This document shows, piece after piece, positions 46,075 to 59,456 of a DNA stretch of 64,000 nucleotides; position 1 is the first letter of the stretch; each line of letters opens with the position of its first letter. This DNA is from Octopus vulgaris (taxonomy: Eukaryota), in NCBI GenBank assembly GCA_951406725.2, contig OX597841.1:6200001-6264000 (forward strand), in the 5' to 3' direction. The notes under the pieces are model-generated. The model was given only the letters and a program-made list of their open reading frames with translations, did not search any database and was not told the origin of the DNA. The position numbers and the translations under genes were made by a program.

Positions 46075-48636
46075 CTTTTCTACAGATCGAGCAGGGCCAT
46101 CTACCTGAAGGGATTTGTGGTTTGCCTGCCTTCCTACTTATTAGGACTTTGGTTTTAGCTAGGTTTCCATACTTGAAACTTCTCCTCTAGATCTGATAGT
46201 GACTCAGCAATTAGAGCACGATCGTCAGCATAGAGAAGCTCCCAGGGGCATCCTGTCTTGAATTCCTCTGTTATTGCCTGGAGGACTGAATCTTTGTGGA
46301 ACCCTACCTCTACCTGGAATTCTTCATTGTACTCGTTGCCAACCCTCACCTTACTGACAGCGTCCCTGTATATGGCTTGCACAGCTCTCACTAACCATTC
46401 ATCTATCCCTAGTTTCCTTATTGACCACCAGATAAGGGATCGGGGGACCCTGTCGAAGGCTTTCTCCATGTCAACAAAAGCCTGGTACAGGGGCTTATCT
46501 TTGGCTAGGTATTTCTCCTGCAGCTGCCTTACCAGGAATATGGCATTAGTGGTGCTTTTCCCTGGCACGAACCCAAACTGACTCTCTCCCTAATTAGTTG
46601 GGCTATGACCATCTCCGTGACCTTCATTACCTGATCCAACAGCTTAATACCCCTGTAGTTATTTGTATCTAAATCATCACCTTTACCTTTGTAGCAATTG
46701 ACTAGTATGCTGCAACACCAGTCATTGGGTATGACTCCTTCGTGTATCACCTGGTTAACTATACGGGTGACTAGGCTGTAGCCGACATTACCAGATATTT
46801 TGAGCATCTCTTCAGTGATTCCTGATGGGCCAGGTGTTTTCCCTTTCTTCATACTCTTAATTGCTTTATCTACCAAGGTACTGTCAACTCGAATAGCTGG
46901 TCACTCTGTTGAGCCGACATTCGGCAGACTCTCTTTCTTCCATTCATTCTCTTTATTTAGCAACCTTTCATAGTGGCGTCTCTAAACCTCTCTCTTTGCA
47001 ACCTCATTTAGTTCAAGAGAACCATCATCCATGCGGACACATTTCTCTCCTACGACATCACGATTCTCTCTCACACACTGTCTTGCAACATGAAATATCT
47101 CACGGTGCAGAACATTGGCAAATTTTTTATCTGCTTCCCCTCTGGCTAAATTAACCTGCCTCCTAGCTTCCCTTCTGGCTGTCTGATACAATTCCCTGCT
47201 ACCACTGTTCTTCCAGTCGTTTCCAAGTCTGTTTCTTTTGTCTAATAGCCCTGTCAACAACATTGTTCCACCACCATGTTTTTTTGGGTCGAGAGGGGAC
47301 TTTGCACCATCCACAGATCTGGTCAGTGACTCTCAGCAGCTTGTCCCGTAGAAACCTCCAGTTGTCTTCTACATCGTGTGAAGCTATATCCCCCTCTATT
47401 TTGTCAAAAGCTTAGAGTAATATGTCTCTAAATCTCTGTCCATTTGCAGGATCATTAAGCTTCCAGACCCTTCTTTATGATGGTCATCTTCTGGGCATCC
47501 ATTTAGCCCTGATCCTGAAGTCACTAACTTCCAGTCTATGTTGTGGGGTACATTCTTTGCCTGGGAAGGTTTTGGCATTCATAAGCAGCCATCTTTCCAT
47601 TTTTCTAGCGAAGATGTAGTCAATTTGGCTAGAGTGTTTGCCAAAACAGTGACTAGGTGACTGGCAGGTTTCCTGAAGTTAGTATTGCAAACCATAAGAT
47701 CATTTGCAACGCAGAACTCTAGCAGCCTGGTTCCCTCCTTGTTGTGGGAACCAAAACCATAGCCTCCATGTACGCTGTAGAAGCCCCCTTTATGTTGTCC
47801 AACATGTCCATTGAAGTCACCAGCCACAAAGAGAAGGTCCCTATCATTTGTCAATGAGGTAGTCTGCAAGAGGGTGTCATAGAATTGGTCTTTCTGTCCA
47901 TCGGGTAGCCCTGGCTGAGGGGCATAGGCCGATATAATGGCTGCTAACACATGATGAAGCACTAATCTAATCTTAAGTATTCTGTCACATACTCTGACTA
48001 CCTCGATTACCTTATCAACCCATTTCTCCGCAAGAGGTATCCCCACGCCCCTGATCCTGTCAGTGTTCCTTGCCCAGAAAATCTTGTACCTGTGTTCTTT
48101 GCCTGTGAGGAACCTAGCAGAACCTCCTCTCCACCTTACTTCTTGGATGCAGCACATATTGACACATCTCCGTTCAAGCATCTCAACAATCTCACAAGAC
48201 CTACCTTTCAGTGTGCTGATGTTGAGAGAGTGCCAACCTTGAGGGTGTGGTGGGAGATATGGGCCTGTGAGACCCTGGGATGGGGGACAGTAGCTTCATG
48301 TACCTGAAAAGAAAGCTCGCATTTGGCAGAATTCATAAGCAAACAATAGCCTTCAGTTCAACCTGCATACACTACACTATCATATTTTTGCACTTTATGA
48401 TCACTACCTTACATAGGAGATAACCCTAAGTAGGGGTGGGCATGGCGTTAAGCCTTTAGAAGTGTTCATGGGAGACAACCAAGGGATGACAGAGGATAGG
48501 AACTTCCAGTACAGGGTGAGGGGGTGAGGGCAGGCGCACAGCAAACTAGGAAGTTTAGACGAGAGAATCTTCTGTGTGCGCTGGTTTATATCAGGTGGTG
48601 GTGGTGGAGGAAGTCTTGGTGAAGCAAGTGGTAATC

Positions 48637-48672
<36 letters not shown>

Positions 48673-49010
48673 GGCTAAGAGACAGACAGAGTGAGGCGGA
48701 GGGAGAGAGAGGGGGTAGTGGTCAAGAATACGAGGGAGAAAAAATATTCTTTTGGGATCTGTGTAGCATAATTTAACGAGGCAGCAAAATGTTGGTAATA
48801 GTAAAATAGAATTGAGAAATCTGAGAGTTTTCGGTCAGACAATCTAAGACAACGTAAAGTATAATAGCCATTTCAATATGGCTAACCACTAAGGGTGGGT
48901 GTTACTGTAGCTTTTAGCCCCAGGAGAACATCGTCTCCAGCTGGCTTTAGGCACACTATCTTATGGTATTTGCAAAGGGAGGTCATCCCTCTCTCGTAAG
49001 CCTAAGTGAT
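46075..49010 (-). mobile_element. Degenerate RTE LINE: 5' UTR, AP endonuclease and reverse transcriptase, 3'-truncated
   Basis: APE motifs (CIQEVRW, YAPQ, VAGDFNGH) in 47579-48181; RT motifs (FVDMEKAFD, YADD); many frameshifts; same family as 52298-55424. Confidence 0.9.
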
Positions 49011-49344
49011 ACGCACGGACTGCAGTTTCTAGGTATTTGCCTGTCTTCGGTGTACGGTAATCACCGGTTTTCGATGAAGTATTCTGTCACATACTCTGAC
49101 TACCTGTTTGCAAATACTTATTTATTGTTTTTCCAGTAACTTCTGTCACTGATTTCGAAAAACTGTCTGCAAGCATTAATAAATCTCTGAACGAGATGTA
49201 AACAGTAACCGCTCGACAACGTAAAGTATACTAGCCATCTCAATATGGCTAACCACTAAGGGTGGGTGTTACTGTAGCTTTTAGCCCCAGGAGATCATCA
49301 TCTCCAAAATTAGGGAAATAAGTGACAGTCTGTGATAAACTTTA

Positions 49345-49718
49345 AAAAGGAGCACTCCGTCGGTTACGATGATGAGGGTCCCAGCTGATACGATCAACAG
49401 AACAGCTTGCTCGTGGAATTAACGTGCAAGTGGCTGAGCACTCCACAGACACGTGTACCCTTAACGTAGTTCTCGAGGAGATTCAGCGTGACAAGGCCGG
49501 CCCTTTGAAATACAGGTACAACAGAAACAGGAAGAAAGAGTGAGAGAAAGTTGTGGTCAAAGTGTACAGCAGGGATCACCACCATCCCCTGCCGGAGCCT
49601 CGTGTAGCTTTTAGGTGTTTTCGCTCAATAAACACTCACAATGCCCGGTCTGGGAATTGAAACCACGATCCGACGACCGCGAGTCCGCTGCCCTAACCAC
49701 TGGGGCATTGTGCCTCCA
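49345..49718 (-). mobile_element. Family C SINE
   Basis: Reverse complement of the family C head at 49660-49718. Confidence 0.7.
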
Positions 49719-49887
49719 CTTATAAACTTTAAAAGATGAATGAATCGATGAATTTGTTGTAGTTAAGGAAATGCGTGAACTAAGGTCACCTTAAGGCAAC
49801 AACAAGGAAGACAAAACTATTGAAACTATATTTGCATGATGACATGGAACTGAAATAGACAGAATAAGGAAAAGAACTAATAACGAA

Positions 49888-50044
49888 TAGGAGTGGCTGT
49901 GTGGTAAGTAGCTTGCTTACTATCCACGTGGTTCCGGGTTCAGTCCCACTGCATGGCACCTTGGGTAAGTGTCTTCTACTATAGCCTCGGGCCAACCAAA
50001 GCCTTGTGAGTGGATTTGATAGACGGAAGTTGAAAGAAGTCCGT

Positions 50045-50047
<3 letters not shown>
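49888..50047 (+). mobile_element. Family A SINE head, with the matching tail at 55960-56170
   Basis: The head ends in the usual (TA)n spacer; no tail appears until 55960. Confidence 0.75.
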
Positions 50048-50077
<30 letters not shown>

Positions 50078-50079
<2 letters not shown>

Positions 50080-51463
50080 ATACAATATGTTACATTACTC
50101 GGTAGTCAAGATAAAACTCTGAGTTTCAGATGCCGAAGTGGAAATCCACAACACCATCTCTTCGGTTATCTGGCTATTTGAAAACGTTATGAAAAAATAC
50201 CGTTAAAAATGAAGGGAAATTACTCTGTTATAACTCTGCTTTGCCTGCGTACTTATACATCGCTCGCATTTTTCGTCATAAAAATTATATAAAAATACAT
50301 AAAAATATATAAAAATATATAAAATCTTCTTGGGACATAACACAGAAAGCATGTTCTATCCGTTTTCTTTAGGGGACCAAAAACGTAACAGAAATTTAGT
50401 CACATGTGGGCATGATCCGAAAAGCTCTGTCCTTGTATTTAGACATGTGGTAGGGTCTAAGCTGCTTTTCCAGATAAGCCATCTCTCCATGTCGCATAAA
50501 CCGCACCTTCCGCTGCCGTTAGTATAGGGCTTACATCTGGCCCAAATCTTCCATTGTATGTTATAATCGACACCTTTATCTCTTAAAGACCAAATATGAT
50601 TGGATAATTGTGTCGCTTTTCTTTTGTTCCAGTGCCTAAAGCTCAAAGTGTGGTTATTGAACCTGGCCTTGAAATTACCCTCTGTCAGGCCCACGTATTT
50701 CTTCGTCGAAATGGTGTCTTTAGTGGTTATAGAGTTTACGGTAGCTTCATATATGATGGTCTTGGACATGCAAGCTCCATTTAGCGGGCACAATTCTTTA
50801 TTCCTGCATGAACAGCTGTTTTCTTCTTGTGTTTTTTGTATGTTATGATTGATTATGTTTTTAAAATTGGTAGTTGAACTAAAACTAATTTTTAAATTGT
50901 GTCTATTGAAGAGTTTCCTATAAGCATGGTTAACTGGAAAATGTCTATCTATCAGTGCTAGGAAATATTTACCTATATTGAAGGCCACCTCGGGTGAGTA
51001 AGGGGGCGTAAACCAGCTTAGACCCTACCACATGTCTAAATACAAGGACAGAGCTTTTCGGATCATGCCCACATGTGACTAAATTTCTGTTACGTTTTTG
51101 GTCCCCTAAAGAAAACGGATAGAACATGCTTTCTGTGTTATGTCCCAAGAAGATTTTATATATTTTTATATATTTTTATGTATTTTTATATAATTTTTAT
51201 GACGAAAAATGCGAGCGATGTATAAGTACGCAGGCAAAGCAGAGTTATAACAGAGTAATTTCCCTTCATTTTTAACGGTATTTTTTCATAACGTTTTCAA
51301 ATAGCCAGATAACCGAAGAGATGGTGTTGTGGATTTCCACTTCGGCATCTGAAACTCAGAGTTTTATCTTGACTACCGAGTAATGTAACATATTGTATAG
51401 ATAAATTTCCTCTATTTACATAATATTGAGGTCTCTTTCTTTCTTTTGTTATCTTACCGTTTT

Positions 51464-51465
<2 letters not shown>
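50078..51465 (-). mobile_element. Penelope-like element 3' part: GIY-YIG endonuclease with inverted pseudo-LTR
   Basis: ORF 50356-50988 carries CSCR..CPLNGAC, IIYEAT..YVGLT..FKARF..H and CGLC..E motifs; ~50078-50460 is repeated inverted at ~51017-51400. Confidence 0.9.
51308..51368 (+). ncRNA. Hammerhead-like motif in the Penelope pseudo-LTR (identical minus-strand copy at 50110-50170)
   Basis: Stem I GAUAA/UUAUC; core CCGAAGA; long stem II; GAAA; near-palindromic ACUCAGAGU; GUU triplet; one extra U before GAAA. Confidence 0.45.
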
Positions 51466-52297
<832 letters not shown>

Positions 52298-55200
52298 ATC
52301 ATCATCATCATCATCATCATCGTTTAACGTCCGCTTTCCATGCTAGCATGGGTTGGACGGTTCAACTGGGGTCTGGGAAGCCCGAAGGCTGCACCAGGCC
52401 AGTCAGATGTGGCAGTGTTTCTACAGCTGGATGCCCTTCCTAACGCCAACCACTCCGAGAGTGTAGTGGGTGATTTTATGTGCCACCGACACAGGTGCCA
52501 GACGAGGCTGGCAAACGGCCACGCTCGGATGGTGTTTTTTATGTGCCACCGACACAGGTGCCAGACGAGGCTGGCAGACGGCCATGCTCGGATGGTGTTT
52601 TTTATGTGCCACCGACACAGGTGCCAGACGAGGCTGGCAGACGGCCACGCTCGGATGGTGTTTTTTATGTGCCACCGACACAGGTGCCAGACGAGGCTGG
52701 CAGACGGCCACGCTCGGATGGTGTTTTTTATGTGCCACCGACACAGGTGCCAGACGAGGCTGGCAGACGGCCACGCTCGGATGGTGTTTTCTTATGTGTC
52801 ACCGACACAGGTGCTAGACGAGGCTGGCGGACGGCCACGCTCGGATGGTGTTTGTTACGTGCCCTCAGCACGGAGGCCAGTCATTGCGGTACTGGCTACG
52901 GTCACGTTCGGATGGTTTTCTTATGTGTCACCGGCACTGGTACCACAAGGATACAAATTCCATTGATGTTCATCTATTTTGATTTGGTTCGTATTTTGAT
53001 TTGGTTCGATTTGATTTGATACGATTCGATTCTCACTTGCCTCAACAGGTCTTCACAAGTGTCACAAGAAGGAAGGTATGCACAGGTGGACTGACTACGT
53101 CCCAGGTAGGGGCCACGGATTATGGCTTCACTAGTCTTGCCGGGTCTTCTCACGCACAGCATACTTCCATAGGTCTCGGTCTCTAGTCATTTCCATGGTG
53201 AGACCTAACGTCCGAAGGTCGTGCTTCACCACCTCGTCCCAGGTTTTCCTGGGTCTACCTCTTCCACGGGTTCCCTCAACTGCTAGGGATTGGCACTTTC
53301 TCACACACCTCTCTTCATCCATTCTCGCCACATGACCATACCAGCGCAATCGTCTCTCTTGCACACAACAACTGATGCTTCTTAGGTACAACATTTCTCT
53401 CAAGGTACTAATGCTCTGTCGAGTAAGTACACTGACATTACACATCCATCGGAGCATACTGGCTTCGTTCCTCACGAGCTTACGCATGTCCTCAGCAGTC
53501 ACGGCCCATGTTTCACTGCCATGTAGCATAGCTGTTCGTACACATGCATCATACAGTCTGCCTTTTACTCTGAGCGAGAGGCCTTTAGTCACCAGCAGAG
53601 GTAAGAGCTCCCTAAACTTTGCCCAGGCTATTCTTATTCTAGCAGTTACACTTTCAGCGCACCCACCCCCACTACTGACTTGGTCACCTAGATAGCGGAA
53701 ACTATCAACTACTTCTAGTTTTTCCCCCGGAAAGTGACAGAAGTTGTTTTCTGCAGATTTTCGGAGGTCAGTGCTCCAGAGCACCTGCCACATACAAAAA
53801 CTATCTTCCCAGTTAGCCTACCTTTGACATTGCTGCACCTCTTATGTGTCCATAGCTTACACTGGGTACATCTTATAGAGTTTCTACCTACACCTTTTCT
53901 ACAGATCGAGCAGGGCCATCTTCCTGATGATATTTGTGGGTTTTCTACCTTTCTACTTATTAGTACTTTGGTTTTAGCTAGGTTGACTCTAAGGCCCCTC
54001 GATTCTAAACCCTCCTTCCACACCTGGAACTTCTCCTCCAGTTCTGATAGTGACTCAGCGATTAGAGCGAGGTCGTCAGCATAGAGGAGCTCCCAGGGGC
54101 AACCTGTCTTGAATTCCTCCGTTATTGCCTGGAGGACTATGATAAATAGGAGGGGGCTGAGTACTGAACCCTGGTGGACCCCAACCTCTACTTTGAATTC
54201 TTCTGTGTACATGTTGCCAACTCTAACCTTACTTACGGCATCTCTGTACATGGCTTGCACAGCCCTCACCAGCCATTCATCTATCCCTAGTTTCCTCATT
54301 GACCACCAGATGAGGGATCGGGGGACCCTATCAAAGGCTTTCTCCATGTCAACAAAAGCCAGGTACAGGGGCTTATCCTTGGCTAGGTATTTCTCCTGCA
54401 GCTGCCTTACCAGGAATATAGCATCAGTGGTGCTTTTCCCTGGGACAAACCCAAACTGCATCTCATCTAAACTAACTCTCTCTCTAATTAGTTGGGCTAA
54501 GACCCTCTCCGTAACCTTCATTACCTGATCCAACAGCTTGATACCTCTGTAATTATTTGTATCCAGGGCATCACCTTTACCTTTGTAGCAGTTGACTAGT
54601 ATGCTGCTACACCAGTCATTGGGTATGACTCCTTCGTGTATCACCTGGTTGACTATACGGGTGACTAGGTTATAGCCGACACTGCCAGATATTTTGAGCA
54701 TCTCTGCAGTAATTCCTGATGGGCCTGGGGCTTTCCCTGTCTTCATGCTTCTAATTGCCTTAGCTACCACGGAACTATCAACTCGGATAGCTGGTCCCTC
54801 TGTTGGGTCAACATTTGGCAGACTCTCTTTATCCCATTCATTTTCTTTATTCAGCAAACTTTCATAGTGGCATCTCCAAACCTCTCTCTTTGCATCCTCA
54901 TTTAGCGCAAGTGAACCATCATCCATGCGAACACACTTCTCTCCTACCACATCACGATTCTCTCTCACACACTGTCTTGCAACACGAAATACCTCAAGTC
55001 TTTCATCCTCACGGCTCAGAACATTGGCAAATTTTTTCTTATCCGCTTCCCCTCTGGCTATATAAACCTGTCTCCTAGCTTCCCTTTTGGCTGTCTGATA
55101 CAATTCCCTGCTACCACCGTTCTTCCAGTCCTTCCAAGCCTGTCTCTTTTGTCTAATAGCCCCGTCAACCACCGTGTTCCACCACCATGTTACTCTGGGT

Positions 55201-55422
55201 CGAGATGGTACTTTGCTCCATCCACAGATCTGGTCAGTGGCTGTCAGCAGATTGTCCCGTAGGAATCTCCAGTTGTCTTCCACATTAAGTGAAGCTATAT
55301 CCCCTTCTATTTCGTCAGAGGCTTCGAGTAGTATGTCTCTAAATCTCTGTGCATTTGCAGGATCTTGCAAATGCACAGAGATTTAGAGACATACTACTCA
55401 AGCCTCTGAAGCCTACTCGAAG

Positions 55423-55424
<2 letters not shown>
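52298..55424 (-). mobile_element. Young 5'-truncated RTE LINE: RT, Cys/His (PHD-like) motif, 3' UTR with 63-bp minisatellite, (GAT)n tail
   Basis: ORFs 53715-55376 and 53131-53793 join through one indel in a G-run near 53727. RT motifs QFGFVPGKST, GVHQGSVLSP and YADD; CSIC..CTQC..HKRC..CGRC. Confidence 0.93.
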
Positions 55425-55506
<82 letters not shown>

Positions 55507-55579
55507 CATATATATATATATATACATACATACATATATATATACATATACATATATATATATATATATACATACATAC

Positions 55580-55651
<72 letters not shown>

Positions 55652-55714
55652 CATATATATATATATACACATACATATATATACATATATACACATACAT
55701 ATATATACATATAC

Positions 55715-55761
<47 letters not shown>

Positions 55762-55960
55762 CATACATATATATATATATACATATATACATACATATAT
55801 ATATATACATATATACATACATATATATATATATATACATATATATATACATACATATATATATATATATACATATATACATACATATATATATATATAT
55901 ACATATATACATACATATATATATATATATACATATATATGTATATATATATATATATAT
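55425..55960. repeat. (TA)n/(TACA)n microsatellite
   Basis: Directly visible. Confidence 0.98.
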
Positions 55961-56170
55961 GTTTGTGTTTCTGTGTTTGTCTCCCCAACATCGCTTGACA
56001 ACCGATGCTTGTGTGTTTACATCCCTGTAACTTAGCAGTTCAGTAAAAAAGGCTGATAGAATAAGTACTAGGCTTACAAAAGAATATCTCCAGGGGTCGA
56101 TTTGCTTGACTAAAAGGCGGTGCTCCAGCATGGCCGCAGTCAAATGACTGAAACAAGTAAAAGAATAAGA
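55960..56170 (+). mobile_element. Family A SINE tail
   Basis: GTTTGTCTCCCC..GCTCCAGCATGGCCGCAGTCAAATGACTGAAACAAGTAAAAG. Confidence 0.75.
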
Positions 56171-56205
56171 AAGCAATGTATTTTCATTTAAAATTTCCTA
56201 TAGTT

Positions 56206-57876
56206 TTAATTAAAAATAGGTGATAAACGAGGCTTTTGTCCCGTGTGGCTTCGTTTGTGGATAACAAGACTAGAACTCTGAGTAAAAGATTTTCCACAGA
56301 TTTCACAGTGGAATGGTTTTTCCCCTGTATGGATCCGTATGTGAATTTTTAGTACACTTTTACGGACAAATGATTTCATACATATTTCACACTTGAATGG
56401 TTTCTCCCCCGTATGGCCACGTATGTGTCTTGCAAGGTCATGATTGCTTATAAATGATTTCCGGCATATTTCACAGTTGAACGGTTTCTCATCAGAGTGG
56501 ATTCTTTTGTGAGCTGTTAGTACACTTTTAGAAACAAATGATTTTGCACATATTTCACACTTGAATGGCTTTTCCCCAGAATGGCCACGTGTGTGTCTTG
56601 CAAGGTCATAATTGCTTATAAATGATTTCTCACAGATCTCACAATGAAACAGTCTTTCTCCAGAGTGGGTTCTTTTGTGAAATGTTAGCCCACTTTTACA
56701 CACAAAGGATTTTGGACATATTTCACACTTGAATGGTTTTTCCTTGGTGTGACAAAGAGAATGTACTGCAAGATGAGAATTGCTTATAAAAGATTTTCCA
56801 CATATCTCACAGTGGAAAGGTTTCTCCCCAGAGTGGATTTTTCTGTGAGTTGTAAGTACATTTCTCCAGGCAAATGATTTATCACATATTTCACACTTGA
56901 ATGGTTTCTCCCCAGTGTGACTACGTGTGTGTAGAACAAGATCAGAATTGTAAATAAAAGATTTCCCGCATACTTCACAGCTGAACGGTCTCTCTCCACT
57001 ATGGACTTTTTTGTGAGTTGTTAGCCCACTTTTAGAAACAAATGATTTTGGACATATTTCACACTTGAATGGTTTTTCCTCGGTGTGACAAAGAGAATGT
57101 ACCACAAGATGAGAATTCTTAGTAAATGATTTCCGACATATTTCACAGCTGAATGGTTTCTCCCCAGTATGGATTTTCGTGTGAGTTGTAAGTACATTTT
57201 TCCAGGCAAAAGATTTACCACATATTTCACACTTGAATGGTTTTTCTCCAGTGTGAGTAGGCATGTGTACTGCAAGGTTAGGATTGCTTATAAATGATTT
57301 ACCACAGATTTCACACTTGAATGGTTTCTCCCCAGTGTGACGACGTGTGTGTACTGAAAGTTCAGAATTTCTAAGATATGATTTCCCACAGATCTCACAA
57401 CTGAAGGGTTTCTCATCAGAGTGGATCCTTTTATGTCTGTTTAAGACACTGTTACAGACAAATGATTTTGTACATATTTCACACTTGAATGGTTTTTCCC
57501 CAGTGTGACGACGTGTGTGTATTGCAAGATGAGAATTGCATTGAAACGATTTTCCACAGATCTCACAATGAAACAGTCTTGCTCCAGTGTGTATCCGTTT
57601 GTGTTTTGTTAAGACATCTTCAGAGACAAAATTCTTCCCACATATTTCACAATTATAGGATTTTTCCTTATTGTGTATTTCTTTGTGTTTGAGGACTTCT
57701 TGCTCCGAAGAGAATGTCTTCCTACAAACATCACATTTATATTCGGTGATATTTCCCTGTCTCGATCTTTCTTTAGTAAATACTTCACCATTAACAGTTT
57801 TCTCATCCCCGTCTGTCTCTCTATCTGTATCTGTATCGTTCAAAACAATTGTGTCCAAGTGATCAACGTTCTCCAT
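56206..57876 (-). CDS. C2H2 zinc-finger protein (ZF7), 556 aa, about 18 fingers
   Basis: Intact ORF with the same N-terminus as ZF2/4/5/6. Confidence 0.93.
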   Translation of the reverse strand: MENVDHLDTIVLNDTDTDRETDGDEKTVNGEVFTKERSRQGNITEYKCDVCRKTFSSEQEVLKHKEIHNKEKSYNCEICGKNFVSEDVLTKHKRIHTGARLFHCEICGKSFQCNSHLAIHTRRHTGEKPFKCEICTKSFVCNSVLNRHKRIHSDEKPFSCEICGKSYLRNSELSVHTRRHTGEKPFKCEICGKSFISNPNLAVHMPTHTGEKPFKCEICGKSFAWKNVLTTHTKIHTGEKPFSCEICRKSFTKNSHLVVHSLCHTEEKPFKCEICPKSFVSKSGLTTHKKVHSGERPFSCEVCGKSFIYNSDLVLHTRSHTGEKPFKCEICDKSFAWRNVLTTHRKIHSGEKPFHCEICGKSFISNSHLAVHSLCHTKEKPFKCEICPKSFVCKSGLTFHKRTHSGERLFHCEICEKSFISNYDLARHTRGHSGEKPFKCEICAKSFVSKSVLTAHKRIHSDEKPFNCEICRKSFISNHDLARHIRGHTGEKPFKCEICMKSFVRKSVLKIHIRIHTGEKPFHCEICGKSFTQSSSLVIHKRSHTGQKPRLSPIFN

Positions 57877-59210
57877 ATTATTTCTTGAGCAATTCTTAAA
57901 AAAGCTGACAAACGTCTGTGAGTTAATTTATTGTGGTTCAATTTCTTGTCTTAGATATCACAGTCCTCCGTTTACAAGTGTGCAACAGATGCAATGTAGA
58001 TGTATTTCCTACTCACCAGTAGAATGTTTGGTATAAAGTCCAAATGAAAAGTGAAGAAGGTTGAAGAAAGTTCGCTGATTGATTTGTTGTTCATTAAAAG
58101 CCATTTCCTCCTTTTCTGTAAAATAGGAGAAAACCAATTAACGATTTAAAGCTGTGATGAAACGAAATATTTAATCATGAAGGTGATGGAACACCGACCC
58201 TCAAACTTGTTCGTTGCCCTGTCTTATCCACAAACATTAACGTTCACCTAATCATGAGATAATTACAATATATAATATAATTAGCTCAAATTATTAGAAT
58301 CACAAAAGCACATTTTTCCCCCACGTTTGAATGACAGCGGTGACGAAAATAAAAATCCCCACTCAAAAATGAAAATCGGGTTAGAATATAGTTTTCAAGT
58401 AGCAATGACTACTTTTGGGATATTATATGAATGTGTTCAAGGGGAACTGCTGGCTTGAAGGGTGTCGCGGAAAGGGCTGGTTGCCGGTCCAATCTTCCGA
58501 GGTTCCCAGAATAGAGAGGGAGAGGAAAGAAGAAATGGAAATGAGGAATATTTACATGGAAAAAAAGGTCCGTTGTGAAATAGGGCGTTGTTCTTTTTCG
58601 CTAAATGACTTTCTACAAATTCTTCATCTCGTCGAGTCAAACATAAAGAAGTCGGGTATATTTTTTTGCTGTTGGTTGTACATTCTTCAAAATAACATAT
58701 GCAGGAAACCTACGATAAAATACGTTCCAACCGCGACTTGTTTTGTTAGGATTTAAAAAATATAATTACGACTACCTTTATGCCTTTGTTAAAGCAGAAA
58801 GGGAGAATTTGAAGGAGGTGTGGTTGTTGTTTCTAGAAAATCGGAAGACCACGAAGAGACCCGCTCCTTTGTACATTATAGCTTTTGTGTTGTTCAATAC
58901 AATTAAAGATGAAAATTATTATAATTGAAGGTGTACCTGGCTGTTATATTATTGGGAACTTTTAACATATGTCACCGGTATGATTGAAACGAAAGAAGCA
59001 TTTATTAACGACACCGTCTGCTGTGTTTGGTTTTAATTAGTGTAATTATATCATATGTGGTAATTACCTCATGTTAAGGTGCACGTTAATGTTTATGGAC
59101 AACACAGGGCGACCTACGTGTTTGAGGGTCGGTGTTCCATCTCCTCCGTCGTTAATTATTTCATTTGATCACAGCTTTGCATCGTTAATTGGTTTTTCCC
59201 TATTTTACAG

Positions 59211-59309
59211 AAAAGGGGGAAATGACTTTTAATTAACAACAATTCGGTCAATGAACTTTCTTCAGCCTTCTCCACTCTTCATTTGGACTTTATACCAAAC
59301 ATTCTACTG
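59211..59309 (+). other. Upstream mini-exon of ZF8 (uATG followed by an early TAA)
   Basis: TATTTTACAG acceptor and CTG|GTGAGT donor; reads ATG ACT TTT AAT TAA. Confidence 0.6.
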
Positions 59310-59456
59310 GTGAGTAGAAAATATATCTACGTTATGTCTGTTCCACACTTGTAAACAAAGATCTGTGATGTCTGAGACAAGGAATTGAACCACAATAGAT
59401 TAACTCACAGACGTTTGTCAGCTTTTTTTTTTTAAAAGAATTGCTCAAGAATTAAC

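Noticed and set aside
48850-49305. Possible HDV-like ribozyme at the RTE 5' end, with a ~90-bp direct repeat (48850-48940 / 49215-49305)
   Set aside because: Such ribozymes are known in RTE elements, but I could not build the nested double pseudoknot by eye; it needs a structure-descriptor search.
53715-53740. Programmed frameshift in the RTE ORF
   Set aside because: A single missing base in a G-run of a normally continuous ORF; mutation or sequencing error is more likely.
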